The notes beneath the pieces are model-generated. The model saw only the letters and a program-made list of their open reading frames with translations, was not told the origin of the DNA and made no database searches. The position numbers and the translations under genes were made by a program. Of a DNA stretch of 64,000 bases, positions 63,101 through 64,000 are shown piece after piece; position 1 is the first letter of the stretch; the number at the start of each line of letters is the position of its first letter. The stretch lies in contig JAQGDQ010000242.1 in assembly GCA_030141605.1 (NCBI GenBank), positions 277,279 to 341,278 of the forward strand, written 5' to 3'. Source of the DNA: Tubiluchus corallicola (Eukaryota; Animalia; Priapulida).

Positions 63101-63455
63101 CCAAATGGCGTGGCTCTGGCCTCTATTAATAAGTAATTTCTTTCTGCTGCTTATTCCGTCTTTCTGACTTCATTTAATTGAGTTTTATTGCACATTGTGT
63201 TTTACTAATAAATAGTTTGTAGATAAAGCATATTAGTTGGAAAAACACTAATGAGCTGTTATGAAAAAACTTCTGCAGAGCTCTATAGTGGATCTGGACA
63301 GTTTGGCACAGAAGTTGGCGGAGCACGTCGTGGAGAGGGACTACGTGGAAAAGCGCCACAATGCCAGGGAAGATGATGGTTTAGTCGGATTGTTACAGCT
63401 CAGTGCAGCTGTGATGAAACATAATCCACCATATAAATACTCCGCGGAAATTAAA
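31443..63455 (+). CDS. USP34: Ubiquitin carboxyl-terminal hydrolase 34, N-terminal region (gene continues beyond the window; catalytic domain not reached)
   Basis: GT-AG exons translate collinearly with recalled USP34: 31443-31485 (MCDTCSELLEVLD), 32980-33064, 33385-33536 (QCLCC), 34430-34785 (WSLEEKE...FPLYAAFKH), 36386-36535, 36842-36909, 37321-37513, 38049-38095, 38455-38557 (FGPNLHVE), 39342-39434, 40071-40196, ~40884-40962, ~41094-41221, ~41684-41848, ~42760-43300, 44215-44426, ~45940-46088 (GNTLLWDLLQD), ~46427-46553, ~47357-47446, ~47732-47827, ~48450-48532, ~48928-49082, 49794-50007, ~51106-51192, ~51600-51676, ~52590-52716, ~52916-52988, ~54008-54214, ~54366-54536, ~55388-55612 (LSRKVWELLMILPT), ~56470-56543, ~56731-56814, 57638-57832, ~58308-58428, ~58549-58676, ~61014-61168, ~62279-62422 (PGCKDFFWLLCRLV), 63279-63455 (EDDGLVGLL...KHNPPYK). 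Coordinates marked ~ may be off by a few nt. Confidence 0.95.
35693..35903. repeat. Imperfect 66-bp inverted repeat whose arms carry hammerhead-ribozyme-like motifs (Penelope-like element end?)
   Basis: Arms at 35693-35758 and 35838-35903 are reverse complements with a few mismatches. Each reads TGCC-TTGA(C/T)(G/A)A-short stem-CGAAACC..-GGCA-ATAAA. Confidence 0.6.
36237..36369. repeat. Tandem duplication of ~65 bp
   Basis: TGGCTGTTGTAAAGTGTTTTTTGTACAACAGTCGTC(T/G)CTTCTACTCACACAATAACTTCGTCTTG at 36237 and 36305, one mismatch. Confidence 0.9.
39511..39890. repeat. Degenerate ~22-bp tandem array
   Basis: More than 10 variant copies of GGTTCACAAGTTGTATAAAATAATT. Confidence 0.75.
44456..44995 (-). 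mobile_element. 5S rRNA-headed SINE (SINE3) with RTE-LINE-like body and tail, 540 bp
   Basis: 5S head at 44995-44877, GC-rich body, SRIGLLSHSRRC coding remnant at 44571-44536, tail ...GACAGAAGGATGCCAACAAC, TSD AGTTTAT (44449-44455, 44996-45002). Confidence 0.8.
44877..44995 (-). rRNA. 5S rRNA-derived sequence (SINE head; probably not a functional 5S gene)
   Basis: ACTACGGCCAAATCACGTTGAAAACACCGGTTCTCGTCTGATCACCGAAGTTAAGCAACGTAGAGCCTGGTTAGTACTTGGATGGGTGACCGCCTAGGAATACCAGGTACTGTAGGCTT: near-canonical metazoan 5S with intact internal control region but no oligo-T terminator. Confidence 0.9.
47992..48270. repeat. Compound trinucleotide/hexanucleotide microsatellite (AGT, GGT, GGTAGT, GGC)
   Basis: Seen directly in a USP34 intron; explains the poly-Val and poly-Ser/Gly ORFs. 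Confidence 0.95.
49192..49420 (+). repeat. Dispersed repeat family B, copy 1 (LINE 3'-UTR-like)
   Basis: Aligns with 50562-50822 (TTTGAACATT..TCCGTCA, ATTATTTGGAC, ATGCTGTCATATC, ATTGTTTCTATA, ATTTCCAA..AATAAA). Confidence 0.6.
50350..50452. repeat. (TATG)n microsatellite
   Basis: Seen directly. Confidence 0.95.
50562..50822 (+). repeat. Dispersed repeat family B, copy 2 (LINE 3'-UTR-like)
   Basis: See copy 1. Retains a GGCACAAGTA...TACTTGCC stem-loop and a terminal AATAAA. Confidence 0.6.
51705..52398. mobile_element. hAT-type MITE with 8-bp TSD
   Basis: TIRs CAGGGCCATCTTA / TAAGACGGCCCTG; perfect TSD GTGATGAC (51697-51704, 52399-52406); AT-rich internal segment. Confidence 0.85.
57829..58087 (+). 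repeat. 35-bp minisatellite (7 full copies plus 1 partial) starting at a USP34 splice donor
   Basis: Unit TCAGGTGAGATAATCACTCATCTTATGTATTATTA at 57829, 57864, 57899, 57934, 57969, 58004, 58039 and 58074. Confidence 0.95.
59965..60420 (-). repeat. Dispersed repeat family A, copy 3 (inverted)
   Basis: Reverse complement contains AAACTTTCCATGC, TTACTTAGCATT, ACTTACCTGCTTGAAAGACTT, GGTGCACCACTCAC, ATCTTATTGACAAGATACAGTAATTT, GCTACAAATGCT. Confidence 0.8.
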
Positions 63456-64000
63456 GTAAGTAAATATTGGGTTGAGAATTCTTGGGTTAAGCTTGAAATA
63501 AAGAGCTTCTGTACTGAAAAATGATGGTGGACATTGAAATACTTAGCATAATGTTTTGCAAGAGCCGTCTCTTCTTCTTTATGGTAGCATAATTATTCCG
63601 CACCTTTATATGCTCTATTACTAAGTTAGTTCACAGTTAGATTATTCTGAGTTCATCTCATAATAAATCAAACAGTGGTATATTCACAGGCCTAATGAGA
63701 AGTGGTATAAAAAAGTATATAAAATTCTTCTAAGATGCAGTACATTTGCTTGAAAACTACTAATATTTTGTTATTTTATTTATGACACTTTTCAGTTTTG
63801 ACTTTGTGTTAACTTAATTCCTTCTTGAATTTTTGTATTGAAAGATTTTTCTGCTTTGATATGAGCAGTAAATGGATAAATTTTAGTATTTTTCCGTCTA
63901 ATTTCTGAACTCTCTCCTTAAATGACAAAAGTGTATTAAAATTGCAAAACCTAAATTAGCTATATTGTTTTTGATGCAATTGCAGTACAGTATACTGACT

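Noticed and set aside
62497-63124. Possible MITE with TAGAG... termini and AGCTGAG/CTCAGC subrepeats
   Set aside because: Termini only weakly complementary and no TSD identified.

Overview
AT-rich invertebrate (metazoan) genomic DNA with spliceosomal introns and one 50-N assembly gap. Two multi-exon host genes are transcribed divergently. PLEKHD1 is on the minus strand: ATG at 23951, then a 21.3-kb first coding intron, then PH-domain exons at 2545-1, running off the window start. USP34 is on the plus strand: ATG at 31443, more than 35 exons, running off the window end. Two complete plus-strand genes are nested antisense inside the PLEKHD1 intron. One is an intronless, bacterial-type crotonase-family enzyme with non-canonical catalytic residues, an N-terminal mitochondrial-like presequence and a C-terminal SKL. 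The other is a 7-exon Mu-class glutathione S-transferase. An intact, very young Ty3/Gypsy (Mag-like) LTR retrotransposon (identical 195-bp LTRs, ATAAT TSD, tRNA-Ser PBS) sits about 420 bp upstream of the USP34 start codon. A USP34 intron holds a 540-bp chimeric SINE: full 5S rRNA head, RTE-LINE-like body and tail, 7-bp TSD. Also present are an inverted pair of hammerhead-like motifs, hAT, Harbinger and Helentron-type non-autonomous elements, and tandem repeats, one of which multiplies a splice donor. All homology calls come from manual translation and recalled motifs; no database searches were run.
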